Positions 42,019 to 51,337 of a stretch of 64,000 nucleotides of DNA are shown here, one piece after another. Numbering within the stretch: position 1 is the first letter of the stretch; each line of letters starts with the position of its first letter. The translations under genes and the position numbers were made by a program. The DNA comes from an uncultured Rhodothermales bacterium (GTDB lineage: Bacteria > Bacteroidota > Rhodothermia > Rhodothermales > VXPQ01). The notes under the pieces are model-generated. The model saw only the letters and a list, made by a program, of their open reading frames with translations, searched no databases and was not told where the DNA came from. The stretch is taken from positions 358 to 64,357 of the forward strand of contig CBFGRV010000017.1 of NCBI GenBank assembly GCA_965651265.1. The letters run 5' to 3'.

Positions 42019-44247
42019 GTGCGTCCTCCCACGATAGTTCTGTTGGCCGCCATAGGTTTGACGACGCCCGCCGTCAGCCAGCCGACGCCGCCGGCCGGGG
42101 CTGCCGACTCTGCGGCGGCTGCCCCGTTTGTGACGACCGCCGTGTTTGTCGATCAGCCGCCCCGCATCGACGGGCGCCTCGACGACCCGGTGTGGCAGTC
42201 CATTCCGCCGATCACCAACTTCATTCAGGTCTGGCCGTCCGATGGCTCCCCGGCCAGCGAACGAAGCGAGGCGCGGATTGCCTACGATCGCGACCACCTC
42301 TACTTTGCATTTCGATTCTACGACCGAGATCCGGGTCGCATCCGAGCCAAGAATCTCGAGCGCGGTGGGCGCAACGATCGCGATGATCACGCCTACATCG
42401 GATTAGACACATATCGCGATGGGCGGAACGCGTATCTGTTCGAGATGAACGCCCTCGGCACGCAGGATGACGCCACCATTACCGATGAGAGCATCACGAT
42501 CGACAGCTTCTCGTGGGACGCGGTCTTTCGAAGCGAGACAGTCATAGACGACGAGGGCTGGACGCTCGAAGTCTCCATCCCGTTCAGCCAGCTCCGGTTT
42601 CCGGAAGGCGAGGAGCTCGAGTTCGGCCTGATGCTCTCGCGAATGATCAACCGGAAGAATGAACGCGTGATCTGGCCGCGCATCGGCCTCGAGTACGGAT
42701 CGTTCGGTGCGGTGGCGGCCGTTTCTCAGTATGGCGTCCTACGAGGCATCCGCAACGTTCGCCGCGGCAGGCACATCGAGATCAAGCCGTACGTGATCAC
42801 GGGTGCGCAGGAGGTTCGGGACGATCCGACGAGCACGGCGACGAGTGTGGACGTGACGCGCGACTTCGGCGTCGACTTCAAGTACGGCCTCACGTCGAGC
42901 CTCACGCTCGACCTGACCGTCAATACCGACTTCGCTCAGGTCGAGGCCGACAACGTGCAGCTCAACCTCACCCGGTTCAACCTGTTCTTTCCCGAGAAAC
43001 GCGAGTTCTTCCTGGAGCGCTCGGGCCTCTTCGAGCACGGCACTGCGCAATCGACCCAGACCTTCTTCTCGCGGCGAATTGGTCTGAATGAGCAGATCCT
43101 CGCGGGCGCCCGCCTCACGGGGCAGATAGGGCGCGTATCCGTCGGGCTGCTCAACATCGAGACGGGTTCGAGGATGAACCAGTTTCTCGGCTCGCGCAGC
43201 ACCAACAACAGCGTTGCCCGCATCCGAACCGACATCTTCCCCCGGGCGACTGTGGGCGGTATCTTTACGAATCTGCAGCGTGCCGATCGCTTCAATCGCG
43301 CCGCCGGAATCGACGCACAGTACCGATTCTGGAGCTATAGCGAGTTAAGCTCGTGGTTCACGCACGTCTGGCAAGATGACGCGCGTTTTAATGATGGGGC
43401 AGGCCATGTCGGACTGCGCCTTCAGAATGATCGATACGGAGCGAGCATCGCATTCACGAGCGTCGGGGAGAATTATGATCCGGCGCTGGGTTTCGTCCGC
43501 CGACGAGATATGCGGCATTATGCAGGCCGGCTCCTGTTTTCGCCGGTCGTGGACTGGAAGCCGGTGCCGGCCATGCGTCGGATTCAGTTGCAGACGGACT
43601 ACGCGTACATCGAGGGTCAGGATGGCCAGCTTCAGTCGACCGAAGCGCGTTTCCTGTCGCGCCTGGATTTCAATCGCCGCGATTTCCTGCGAATAGACGT
43701 GATCCGGCAGTTCGAGCGACTCGAAACTCCCTTTTCCATACGGCCGGATGCCGTTCTGCCGGATGCCGATTACGACTTCGCCCGCGTAGTGCTTAGCGGC
43801 GAAACGGATTCGAGCCGGCGCCTCTACGGCGCGTTCGAAACCTCCAGAGGCGGCTTCTATAGTGGCGACCGGACGGATCTTCGGGGGGCGTTAGGATTCC
43901 GTCCCTCTCGCCATCTGAACCTGGAGGCGGAATTGAGACACTCCTGGATCGATCTGCCCATCCCCAATGGCAATTTCGAGGCCACCACGGCCAGGCTTTC
44001 CGTACTCGGCGCGGCAAACCGTAAGCTTTTCGCCAAGGCACTTTTCCAGTACGACAACTTCTCGCGCGATCTACAGGCCAACATTCGTATCGATTGGATC
44101 CACACGCCAGGGAGCGACCTGTTTCTCGTGTTCAATACGTCCTATCATCTCCTGGACGGGGATGATGACGTGTTCGATCCCCGACGTAACGTCATTATGA
44201 ACGATCGCGTCGGGGTGGCGAAGCTTACGTATCTTCTCTCCATCTAG
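42019..44247 (+). CDS. CBM9-like plus DUF5916 domain outer-membrane-type protein (paralog of 27484..29739)
   Basis: Signal-like N-terminus MRPPTIVLLAAIGLTTPAVSQP. IDGRLDDPVWQSIPPITNF...RIAYDRDHLYFAFRFYD parallels the first copy. The C-terminus is long and beta-rich, ending KLTYLLSI. Confidence 0.75.
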   Translation: MRPPTIVLLAAIGLTTPAVSQPTPPAGAADSAAAAPFVTTAVFVDQPPRIDGRLDDPVWQSIPPITNFIQVWPSDGSPASERSEARIAYDRDHLYFAFRFYDRDPGRIRAKNLERGGRNDRDDHAYIGLDTYRDGRNAYLFEMNALGTQDDATITDESITIDSFSWDAVFRSETVIDDEGWTLEVSIPFSQLRFPEGEELEFGLMLSRMINRKNERVIWPRIGLEYGSFGAVAAVSQYGVLRGIRNVRRGRHIEIKPYVITGAQEVRDDPTSTATSVDVTRDFGVDFKYGLTSSLTLDLTVNTDFAQVEADNVQLNLTRFNLFFPEKREFFLERSGLFEHGTAQSTQTFFSRRIGLNEQILAGARLTGQIGRVSVGLLNIETGSRMNQFLGSRSTNNSVARIRTDIFPRATVGGIFTNLQRADRFNRAAGIDAQYRFWSYSELSSWFTHVWQDDARFNDGAGHVGLRLQNDRYGASIAFTSVGENYDPALGFVRRRDMRHYAGRLLFSPVVDWKPVPAMRRIQLQTDYAYIEGQDGQLQSTEARFLSRLDFNRRDFLRIDVIRQFERLETPFSIRPDAVLPDADYDFARVVLSGETDSSRRLYGAFETSRGGFYSGDRTDLRGALGFRPSRHLNLEAELRHSWIDLPIPNGNFEATTARLSVLGAANRKLFAKALFQYDNFSRDLQANIRIDWIHTPGSDLFLVFNTSYHLLDGDDDVFDPRRNVIMNDRVGVAKLTYLLSI

Positions 44248-44264
44248 CCTCCCACTCATATACC

Positions 44265-44648
44265 GTGGAGGTAGGCATGCGCCTCTCCATTATTTTGTCT
44301 CTCATTGCCTGCGTAATTCTTGCAGCTTGTGGCAGTGCAGGGCAGGGAAGGCGGGGAAATTCCGCATCGGTGATCACCAATGTCGACCCCAACATCCCGT
44401 TAGCAGAGCAGATCTTGCGTCTTCCCGGCGTCTATTTGAACGAGAATCGTGAGCTCCGCATCAGGGGCAGCACACAGCCTCCGCTGCTGGTCGTGGATGG
44501 GATGCAGGCCATGACGGCCGATCTTCGGACCATCAATCCGTCCGACGTGCGAAGGGTGGAGATCATCAAAGGCCCCGAAACGTCGATTTACGGCCTGCGA
44601 GGGGGAGGCGGCGTCATCGTGATCACCACGAAGTCCGGCGGGAGCTGA
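44265..44648 (+). CDS. Small lipoprotein consisting only of a TonB-dependent-receptor plug-like segment
   Basis: Lipobox VILAACGS. LRLPGVYLNENRELRIRGSTQPPLLVVDGMQ...INPSDVRRVEIIKGPETSIYGLRGGGGVIVITTKSG matches the N-terminal plug signature of SusC/TonB-dependent receptors. The protein stops after 127 aa with no barrel. Confidence 0.65.
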   Translation: MEVGMRLSIILSLIACVILAACGSAGQGRRGNSASVITNVDPNIPLAEQILRLPGVYLNENRELRIRGSTQPPLLVVDGMQAMTADLRTINPSDVRRVEIIKGPETSIYGLRGGGGVIVITTKSGGS

Positions 44649-44686
44649 AGCCCGGTTCCGGGCGCCGTCAGCACACGGACACCTGA

Positions 44687-46195
44687 TCAACCCTCGTTCA
44701 GCGCGTAGGAGAGGAACTCCTCGGCGTTCTGGAATGGGCGACCGTTCGGAACGACGATCGCCGACACCGACTGCAGAAGGTACTCGGCCTGGTGGGGCGC
44801 CTCTTCGCGAAGGCGACGGCGAAGCTCGGTAAAAAACGGTCTTGAGCCCTCGGCGTCCGTATCTCCCAGCATCACGATCAGACGCTCGCGATCGAGATCC
44901 ACGTAGACGTCATCCTGATCGCGCAGCAACTCGCTCACGAGATCGTGGATGAACTCAAAGTCGAACGGCCTCGTCGTGACATCCTCTCGACGATCCATGC
45001 GCATCGCAATCAGCAGAAAGGGTGCCTCGTTGATGCTGCTGCGAAGATATCGATCCTGCAGAATCGCGCGGAATCGCTCGCGGTCGGTCTGGACCGCAAT
45101 CTCTGATTCGCGTTCATGGGCGGCATCTCGGCCGATGACATCATTCGCGATCGACACGTCCTCGGGCGTCGTGAACTCGAGTCGCTCACCCGTGTCCGGA
45201 GCACTTCGCGACGGCGCACTCGACGACTGCCAGGCGTGCGCGTCGTCCACGCCGTGAACAGCCGGCGCGGGGACGGATTCGAACGCCGCCGCATCCTTCT
45301 CCGCGGTGTGAGAGGAGCCGTTCACGGCGCCTGCGGGGTACTGACCGGGACCCTTCGGCTCCGTTTCGACCGGTTCCTCGGCCGCGTCCCACCGGGCATC
45401 TATCAGGGAGGGCGCATCATCACCAACAAGCTCCGCATCCGCGAATCGAAAACGCCGCGAACTTCCCGTCTCCGTGGAAAGCAGCTCGGTTTGCTGCTCC
45501 TCGACCTCCCAAAATCGAACGGCTGTCTGTCCACCATGCCCGATTCCTGGCAGCAGAGTGATCTTTCGGGTAGCCAGCTTCTCCGCCGGCTCGATGGCCT
45601 CCACGTGCAGCGTGCCCGTCGTCTGACTCCGCATGAAGGCGATCACCTTCCTCGAATCATCGTTCGCCGGCTCAGCCATCGTCAGCATGAGCGTGGCGTC
45701 CGTCGCATCGATGCGCTCGAGCATCGCAATGAAGAGGGATCGAAACCGGGCGAACGAGCCGAAGCGGACGAACGGCATGAAGGTATCGATCACGACACGA
45801 CGCGGTCGCTTGATCTCCACCTCTTCGACGAGATCGGACAGGGTGCCGGTGAGAAGGTCGTCCACGCCGGAGCGCTGCGAGGGCGTCGTCTCGATCGATG
45901 CCGGCAGCTGGAGGACTTCGAGACAGCCTGCATCTATCGCCGGCTGCAGATCAATTCCTACGCGCCGGGCTCGTCGCGCAAGCTCCTCGATGGCGTTCGA
46001 TGTGACGTACAAGCACTTCTCGTTGGCATTCACGCCCGCGCGCGAGAAGAACAGAGCCGCGAGGCTCCGACCGCCATCGGCCTGCCCGTAAACAAGATAG
46101 GATCCGCCTTGATACAATCCGCCCCAGGCCTCATCAACGACAGCTATGCCGGATGAGATCTTGGGAGCGTAAGGCCTGGTGGTGGTGGTGTCCAT
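44687..46195 (-). CDS. KaiC/RecA-superfamily-like domain with degenerate P-loop fused to a degenerate GGDEF-like domain
   Basis: The N-terminus ISSGIAVVDEAWGGLYQGGSYLVYGQADGGRSLAALFF parallels KaiC-family ISTGIxGLDxxLGGGxxxGxxxLxxGxxGxGKT, but the Walker A position reads GQADGGRS. A Walker-B-like RRVVIDTF follows, then a ~130-aa Ala/Pro/Ser-rich acidic linker. The C-terminal ~150 aa (PFLLIAMRMD...DDVYVDLDRERLIVMLGDTD...SVSAIVVPNG) resemble a GGDEF fold with the signature replaced by DRERL. Confidence 0.7.
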   Translation of the reverse strand: MDTTTTRPYAPKISSGIAVVDEAWGGLYQGGSYLVYGQADGGRSLAALFFSRAGVNANEKCLYVTSNAIEELARRARRVGIDLQPAIDAGCLEVLQLPASIETTPSQRSGVDDLLTGTLSDLVEEVEIKRPRRVVIDTFMPFVRFGSFARFRSLFIAMLERIDATDATLMLTMAEPANDDSRKVIAFMRSQTTGTLHVEAIEPAEKLATRKITLLPGIGHGGQTAVRFWEVEEQQTELLSTETGSSRRFRFADAELVGDDAPSLIDARWDAAEEPVETEPKGPGQYPAGAVNGSSHTAEKDAAAFESVPAPAVHGVDDAHAWQSSSAPSRSAPDTGERLEFTTPEDVSIANDVIGRDAAHERESEIAVQTDRERFRAILQDRYLRSSINEAPFLLIAMRMDRREDVTTRPFDFEFIHDLVSELLRDQDDVYVDLDRERLIVMLGDTDAEGSRPFFTELRRRLREEAPHQAEYLLQSVSAIVVPNGRPFQNAEEFLSYALNEG

Positions 46196-46247
46196 TACGC
46201 TGCGCTTCGGTGGTAGGAGATAGGCTCACAAATGGTATGCCGCGTTT

Positions 46248-46268
46248 CTCGAGAGCTCACTCGAGAGC
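46248..46268. repeat. Direct repeat CTCGAGAGC-TCA-CTCGAGAGC (12-bp period; each copy contains the palindrome CTCGAG)
   Basis: Read directly from the sequence. It lies 53-73 nt upstream of the KaiC-like start codon (46193-46195, minus strand). Confidence 0.5.
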
Positions 46269-46642
46269 ATCTTATCGCACGTTCTCTCCTGTAAAGGGCA
46301 TCGAGATTCGTGCGGGCACCCTCCATTCTCCTGGATCCTTACTCTCATTTTGAGAGCGATCCGCTCGGTATTCTCCAATCTTGTACTCAATTCAGGATGA
46401 TTGGCTCTCCGTTGAGGACGCCGGCAGAGCGGGAGGTGCGTCCCTCGCCCCCAGAAAATGCCTCTTTCGGCCTGGAAAGATTGTCCCCCGATTTGAATTC
46501 TGTGTGATGGTGGAGAAGCATACCGCGGTGCGCGTTCGCCAGACCGCCAGATTGACTCGCAAGCGAACCCAAGGGTATATTGACGATTCGCCGAAGCGCT
46601 CAACGAATGTGATCGGCGCAGGCCAATGAATTCGAACATTGT

Positions 46643-47215
46643 ATGGCAGATACCAGTGATTTCAGGAACGGGCTTACTATCATCTGGAACGGCGATCTCT
46701 GGACGATCGTCGAGTTTCTCCATGTGAAGCCTGGCAAGGGCGGCGCTTTTGTCCGCACGAAGCTGAAGAATGTGCGGAGCGGCAAGACGGTCGACAATAC
46801 GTTTCGGGCAGGGGAGCGAATCGAGACCGCTCGGATAGAGCGTCGTCCTCATCAGTTTCTGTACGAGGATGATCTGGGTCTGCATCTGATGAACCTGGAG
46901 ACGTACGAGCAGTTTTCGCTGCCGGCCAGCCGCGTTCAAGGCCGCGAGTTCCTGAAAGAAGGGGAAGCCGTCGACATCCTCTTCCACGCCGAGAAGGATG
47001 AGCCGCTCACGGTGGAATTACCCGAGAAAGTGAACGTGACCGTGGTGAAGACCGATCCGGGTCTTCGCGGTGATACGGCCACAGGGGGTTCGAAGCCTGC
47101 TACGGTCGAAAGCGGCGCCGTGGTGAACGTGCCCCTGTTTATCGAAGAGGGGGATGTCATCACGATCAACACGGAAACCGGTGAGTATGTCACCCGCGTC
47201 TCAACGGCTCGCTGA
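46643..47215 (+). CDS. efp: Elongation factor P
   Basis: [43 protein letters not shown]. 190 aa. Confidence 0.97.
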   Translation: MADTSDFRNGLTIIWNGDLWTIVEFLHVKPGKGGAFVRTKLKNVRSGKTVDNTFRAGERIETARIERRPHQFLYEDDLGLHLMNLETYEQFSLPASRVQGREFLKEGEAVDILFHAEKDEPLTVELPEKVNVTVVKTDPGLRGDTATGGSKPATVESGAVVNVPLFIEEGDVITINTETGEYVTRVSTAR

Positions 47216-47280
47216 CGCGAGGAATAACGTGCGTCCGGCAACCCTACCTCCCATTTCATAGGGCGAGAAGGTACCACCGA

Positions 47281-47835
47281 ATGGATTTAGCTCGAATCAA
47301 GGAGTTGCTGAAGATCGTCGCAGAGAGTGGTGTGGCCGAGGTGGAGATCGAGGAGGATGAGTTCAAGCTCATCGTGCGCAAGAACTCGCCTACGGTTACA
47401 CTCCAGTCGCCCGTCTATCCGCAGCAGTATGGCCTGCCCTATCCGGTAGGGGCCTATCCGCCTCCTGGGCCGCCGGTGCCTGCTCAGCCGGTTCCCGCCC
47501 CGCCGATAAACCAGACCCATCTTGCCGCGGACGCGGCATCTAATCCGGCGGAAAGAATCGCGACGGAAGCCAAGGAAGAACGGCGCGGCGAGAACGAAGT
47601 CATCGTGCGGGCGCCCATCGTTGGTACGTTCTACCGCGCGCCCGCACCCGGCGAGGATGCCTTCGTGGAGGTTGGCGACGAAGTGAATCCCGGGGATGTA
47701 CTCTGCATCATCGAGGCCATGAAACTCATGAACGAAATCGAGTGCGAGGTGAGCGGCACCGTCAGGAAGGTCCTCGTTGAGGATGCCCAGCCCGTCGAGT
47801 ACGATCAACCGCTGTTCGTGATCGAAACCGAATGA
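47281..47835 (+). CDS. accB: Acetyl-CoA carboxylase biotin carboxyl carrier protein
   Basis: Pro/Ala-rich linker and biotinylation motif [13 protein letters not shown]. Confidence 0.95.
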   Translation: MDLARIKELLKIVAESGVAEVEIEEDEFKLIVRKNSPTVTLQSPVYPQQYGLPYPVGAYPPPGPPVPAQPVPAPPINQTHLAADAASNPAERIATEAKEERRGENEVIVRAPIVGTFYRAPAPGEDAFVEVGDEVNPGDVLCIIEAMKLMNEIECEVSGTVRKVLVEDAQPVEYDQPLFVIETE

Positions 47836-47900
47836 ACACGGCGCTCGACCGGAGGGCCGCGTAGTCCGAACTCAATGATGCGAAGGCCAGACCCGACGCT

Positions 47901-49256
47901 GTGATCAAGAAGGTCCTCATCGCCAATCGTGGAGAGATCGCCCTCCGCGTGATCCGAACCTGCCACGAGATGGGACTGCGCACGGTGGCCGTCTACTCAA
48001 CCGCCGATCGAGACGCCCTCCACGTTCGCTTCGCCCACGAGGCCGTTTGCATCGGGCCGCCGCCCTCGCGCGAGAGCTACCTGAGGCCGGACCGTATCAT
48101 CGCCGCCGTCGAAGTGACCGGGGCCGATGCCGTCCACCCGGGCTATGGATTCCTGTCGGAAAATGCCGATTTCAGCGCCATATGCGCGGATCACGGCATC
48201 AAGTTCATCGGCCCATCCGCCGAAACGATCAGCCTGATGGGCGACAAGAGCGCCGCCAAGCGCACCATGCTGAAGGCCGGTGTGCCCGTGGTGCCGGGTT
48301 CGGATGGCATCATAAGCGACGTCGAAGATGGCCGCGCGATCGCCGAAGAGATCGGCTACCCGGTCATGATCAAGGCCTCCGCGGGTGGAGGCGGCCGGGG
48401 CATGCGGGTCGTTACCGAGGCGTCTGACTTTGCGCGCCAGTTCACGGCGGCCCGCACGGAGGCCGAAGCCGCCTTCGGAAGTCCCGAACTCTATATCGAG
48501 AAGTTTGTCGTCGATCCTCGTCATGTCGAAATCCAGATTCTGGGTGATGGGAAAGGTACCGTCATCCATTTCGGCGAGCGCGAGTGCTCCATCCAGCGCC
48601 GTCATCAGAAGCTCATCGAGGAATCTCCCTCCCCTATCGTTGACGAGAAGCTCCGGCGCGCAATGGGCGAGGCGGCGATCCTGGCCGGCGAGGCCGTGAA
48701 CTACGAGGGTGCGGGCACCATCGAGTTCCTCGTCGATGCAGATCGGAATTTCTACTTCATGGAGATGAACACGCGGATCCAGGTGGAGCATCCGGTCACC
48801 GAAGAGGTTACGGACGCCGACCTCATCGAGTATCAGATCCGGGTGGCCATGGGAGAGAATATCCGCCGGCGCGAGATTTCACTCGACGGTCATGCTATCG
48901 AGTGCCGTATCAACGCCGAGGATCCATTCAACAAGTTTGGCCCCTCACCCGGCATCATCACGGCGTTCCATCCTCCTGGAGGACCCGGCGTTCGCGTGGA
49001 TACGCACGCGTACGCGGGATACCGAATCCCGCAGTACTACGACTCGATGATCGCCAAGCTGATCGTGCGAGGACGCACGCGCGAGCTCGCCATACGAAAG
49101 ATGATCCGCGCGCTCGATGAGTTCGTGATCGAAGGCGTTAAGACGACGATCCCGTTTCATCAGCAAGTTCTCAACGACGCCCGCTTTCAGGCGGGTGAGT
49201 TCACGACGCGATTTCTTGAGTCGTTCGAGCTCCAACCGATGGACGTCGAAGCGTGA
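47901..49256 (+). CDS. accC: Acetyl-CoA carboxylase biotin carboxylase subunit
   Basis: [24 protein letters not shown]-grasp motifs, and [14 protein letters not shown]. Confidence 0.97.
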   Translation: MIKKVLIANRGEIALRVIRTCHEMGLRTVAVYSTADRDALHVRFAHEAVCIGPPPSRESYLRPDRIIAAVEVTGADAVHPGYGFLSENADFSAICADHGIKFIGPSAETISLMGDKSAAKRTMLKAGVPVVPGSDGIISDVEDGRAIAEEIGYPVMIKASAGGGGRGMRVVTEASDFARQFTAARTEAEAAFGSPELYIEKFVVDPRHVEIQILGDGKGTVIHFGERECSIQRRHQKLIEESPSPIVDEKLRRAMGEAAILAGEAVNYEGAGTIEFLVDADRNFYFMEMNTRIQVEHPVTEEVTDADLIEYQIRVAMGENIRRREISLDGHAIECRINAEDPFNKFGPSPGIITAFHPPGGPGVRVDTHAYAGYRIPQYYDSMIAKLIVRGRTRELAIRKMIRALDEFVIEGVKTTIPFHQQVLNDARFQAGEFTTRFLESFELQPMDVEA

Positions 49257-49303
49257 AAAAGGACGGCTCCGCGTTTGATTACATCCAGCCGAGAAACATC
49301 CAC

Positions 49304-49687
49304 ATGAACTTACCGAACGAACTTCGCTATACCAGAGAGCACGAATGGGTGCGCCTGGAGTCCGACAATTCCATCGCCGTCGTAGGCATAACCGATTTTG
49401 CGCAGGGGGAGCTGGGCGATGTCGTTTTCGTCGAGCTCGAGCCAGTCGGAACGGAGATCTCCAAGGACGACGCCTTTGGTACCGTGGAAGCCGTGAAAAC
49501 GGTGTCCGAGCTCTTCATGCCCCTGAGTGGGCGGGTCATCGAGGTGAACGAAGATCTGGAGACGCACCCGGAACTCGTCAACGAGGACCCATACGGGAAG
49601 GGATGGATGATTCGAGTGGAACTGTCCAATCCAGACGAGATCGAAGACCTCCTTTCCGCCGACGATTACCGCGAAATGGTAGATTGA
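49304..49687 (+). CDS. gcvH: Glycine cleavage system H protein
   Basis: MNLPNELRYTREHEWVRLE and lipoyl-lysine context GTVEAVKTVSELF. ATG at 49304 is preferred over the GTG at 49253, which overlaps the accC stop. Confidence 0.93.
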   Translation: MNLPNELRYTREHEWVRLESDNSIAVVGITDFAQGELGDVVFVELEPVGTEISKDDAFGTVEAVKTVSELFMPLSGRVIEVNEDLETHPELVNEDPYGKGWMIRVELSNPDEIEDLLSADDYREMVD

Positions 49688-49768
49688 TGATTCGCTCCGG
49701 CAGCCGGATGCCGTATCGCGAACACGGAGTTTGACTGTGCGACCTGCGTCGTGCAACCAGCACCTCAA

Positions 49769-51337
49769 ATGCACGAACGAATTGTTATTCTGGATTTTGG
49801 AAGTCAGTACACGCAGCTGATCGCGCGGAGGGTGAGGGAGGTCGGCGTCTACTCCGAAATCCATCCGTGTACGGCGCCGCCGGATGAGATCGCCGCCTTG
49901 AAGCCCCGTGGGCTCATTCTTTCGGGGGGGCCATGCTCGGTCTACGATTCAGATGCCCCTCAGCTGGACGCAGCCTTTCTGCGAATGGAGCGGGAAGAAG
50001 GCGATCCGATGCCGATTCTCGGAATCTGCTACGGTCTCCAGGCGATGGCGCACCTCTCCGGCGGAGTCGTCGAACGCGCCGACCATCGAGAATTCGGGCG
50101 GGCGAGCCTCATCATCGACGAGTCCGATGGGCTCCTCGATGGCGTGCCGGATGGCTCCACCGTCTGGATGAGCCACGGCGACAGCCTGACGAAATTGCCG
50201 GATGGATATCGCGTCATCGCGCACACCGACAACGCGCCGGTGGCCGCTGTGCGGTCCGAGACACTGCCGCACTACGGTGTCCAGTTTCATCCCGAGGTTG
50301 TGCACACCGATGCGGGCCGGCTGGTGCTGGAGAACTTCGTGCTCGACATCTGCGGATGTCGCGGCGACTGGACGCCCGCCTCGTTCATCGACGAGAAGAA
50401 GCGGGAGATTCGCGAGACCGTCGGTGAGGACCACGTCATTCTCGGGCTTTCCGGAGGCGTGGATTCCTCCGTGGCCGCCGTACTCCTGCATGAGGCCATC
50501 GGCGATCAGCTGACCTGCATCTTCGTCAACAACGGCGTACTCAGGAAAGGGGAGTGGGAGCAGGTCCAGAAGACCTTCCGAGATCATTTCCACATTCGCC
50601 TGAAGGCCATAGACGGGAGCGATCTCTTCCTCGAGCGATTGAGCGGGGTGGCCGATCCGGAGACGAAGCGCAAGATCATCGGCAACACATTCGTTGAGGT
50701 TTTTGAGCAAGCCACGGCCGAGATTACGGACGAAATCGGAAGGCGCCCCGCCTACCTCGCGCAGGGCACGTTGTATCCGGATGTGATCGAGAGCGTGTCC
50801 TTCAAGGGTCCGTCAGCAACGATCAAGACCCACCACAATGTGGGCGGCTTGCCCGAGGTGCTGAACTTTGAGATCATCGAACCTTTCCGCGAGCTGTTCA
50901 AGGATGAGGTTCGCGAGATTGGCCGGCTACTCGGCGTGCCGGAGGCCATCATCAACCGGCATCCTTTTCCGGGGCCGGGGTTGGCGATCAGGGTGCTCGG
51001 ACCCGTCACGCCGCGTGCCCTCGAACTACTGCGCGAGGCAGACGCGATTTTCATCGAAGAACTGCAGATGAGCGGACTCTACGATAAGGTCTGGCAGGCA
51101 TTCGCCGTGCTGCTGCCCGTTCGATCCGTCGGCGTCATGGGCGACGAGCGGACGTACGAGAACGTGTGCGCTCTCCGGGCGGTGACCAGTGTCGATGGGA
51201 TGACGGCGGATTGGGCCCAGCTGCCCTACGATTTCTTGCGGCGCGTCTCCAATCGCATTGTGAACGAGATTCGCGGCATCAACAGGGTTGTCTACGACAT
51301 CAGCTCAAAACCGCCCGCGACGATCGAATGGGAATGA
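49769..51337 (+). CDS. guaA: Glutamine-hydrolysing GMP synthase
   Basis: GATase nucleophile context [12 protein letters not shown]-pyrophosphatase loop LSGGVDSSV, and C-terminal PPATIEWE. Confidence 0.97.
   Translation: MHERIVILDFGSQYTQLIARRVREVGVYSEIHPCTAPPDEIAALKPRGLILSGGPCSVYDSDAPQLDAAFLRMEREEGDPMPILGICYGLQAMAHLSGGVVERADHREFGRASLIIDESDGLLDGVPDGSTVWMSHGDSLTKLPDGYRVIAHTDNAPVAAVRSETLPHYGVQFHPEVVHTDAGRLVLENFVLDICGCRGDWTPASFIDEKKREIRETVGEDHVILGLSGGVDSSVAAVLLHEAIGDQLTCIFVNNGVLRKGEWEQVQKTFRDHFHIRLKAIDGSDLFLERLSGVADPETKRKIIGNTFVEVFEQATAEITDEIGRRPAYLAQGTLYPDVIESVSFKGPSATIKTHHNVGGLPEVLNFEIIEPFRELFKDEVREIGRLLGVPEAIINRHPFPGPGLAIRVLGPVTPRALELLREADAIFIEELQMSGLYDKVWQAFAVLLPVRSVGVMGDERTYENVCALRAVTSVDGMTADWAQLPYDFLRRVSNRIVNEIRGINRVVYDISSKPPATIEWE

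Noticed and set aside
46226-46987. 253-aa minus-strand ORF covering most of the long intergenic region and the 5' half of efp in antisense
   Set aside because: Half of it is antisense to efp. The remainder has no coding-like periodicity or motifs that I could see, so the region is treated as non-coding.
49253-49303. Longer gcvH start at the GTG overlapping the accC stop
   Set aside because: The extra 17 aa ([16 protein letters not shown]) have no counterpart in GcvH proteins. Those proteins normally begin at the MN(L/I)P..L.YT.EHEW motif, found here at the ATG at 49304.
51166-51327. Upstream extension of the LpoA-like ORF overlapping the 3' end of guaA
   Set aside because: It overlaps the well-supported guaA C-terminus and has no signal-like sequence. 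The hydrophobic anchor and TPR region begin after the in-frame ATG cluster at 51328-51339.
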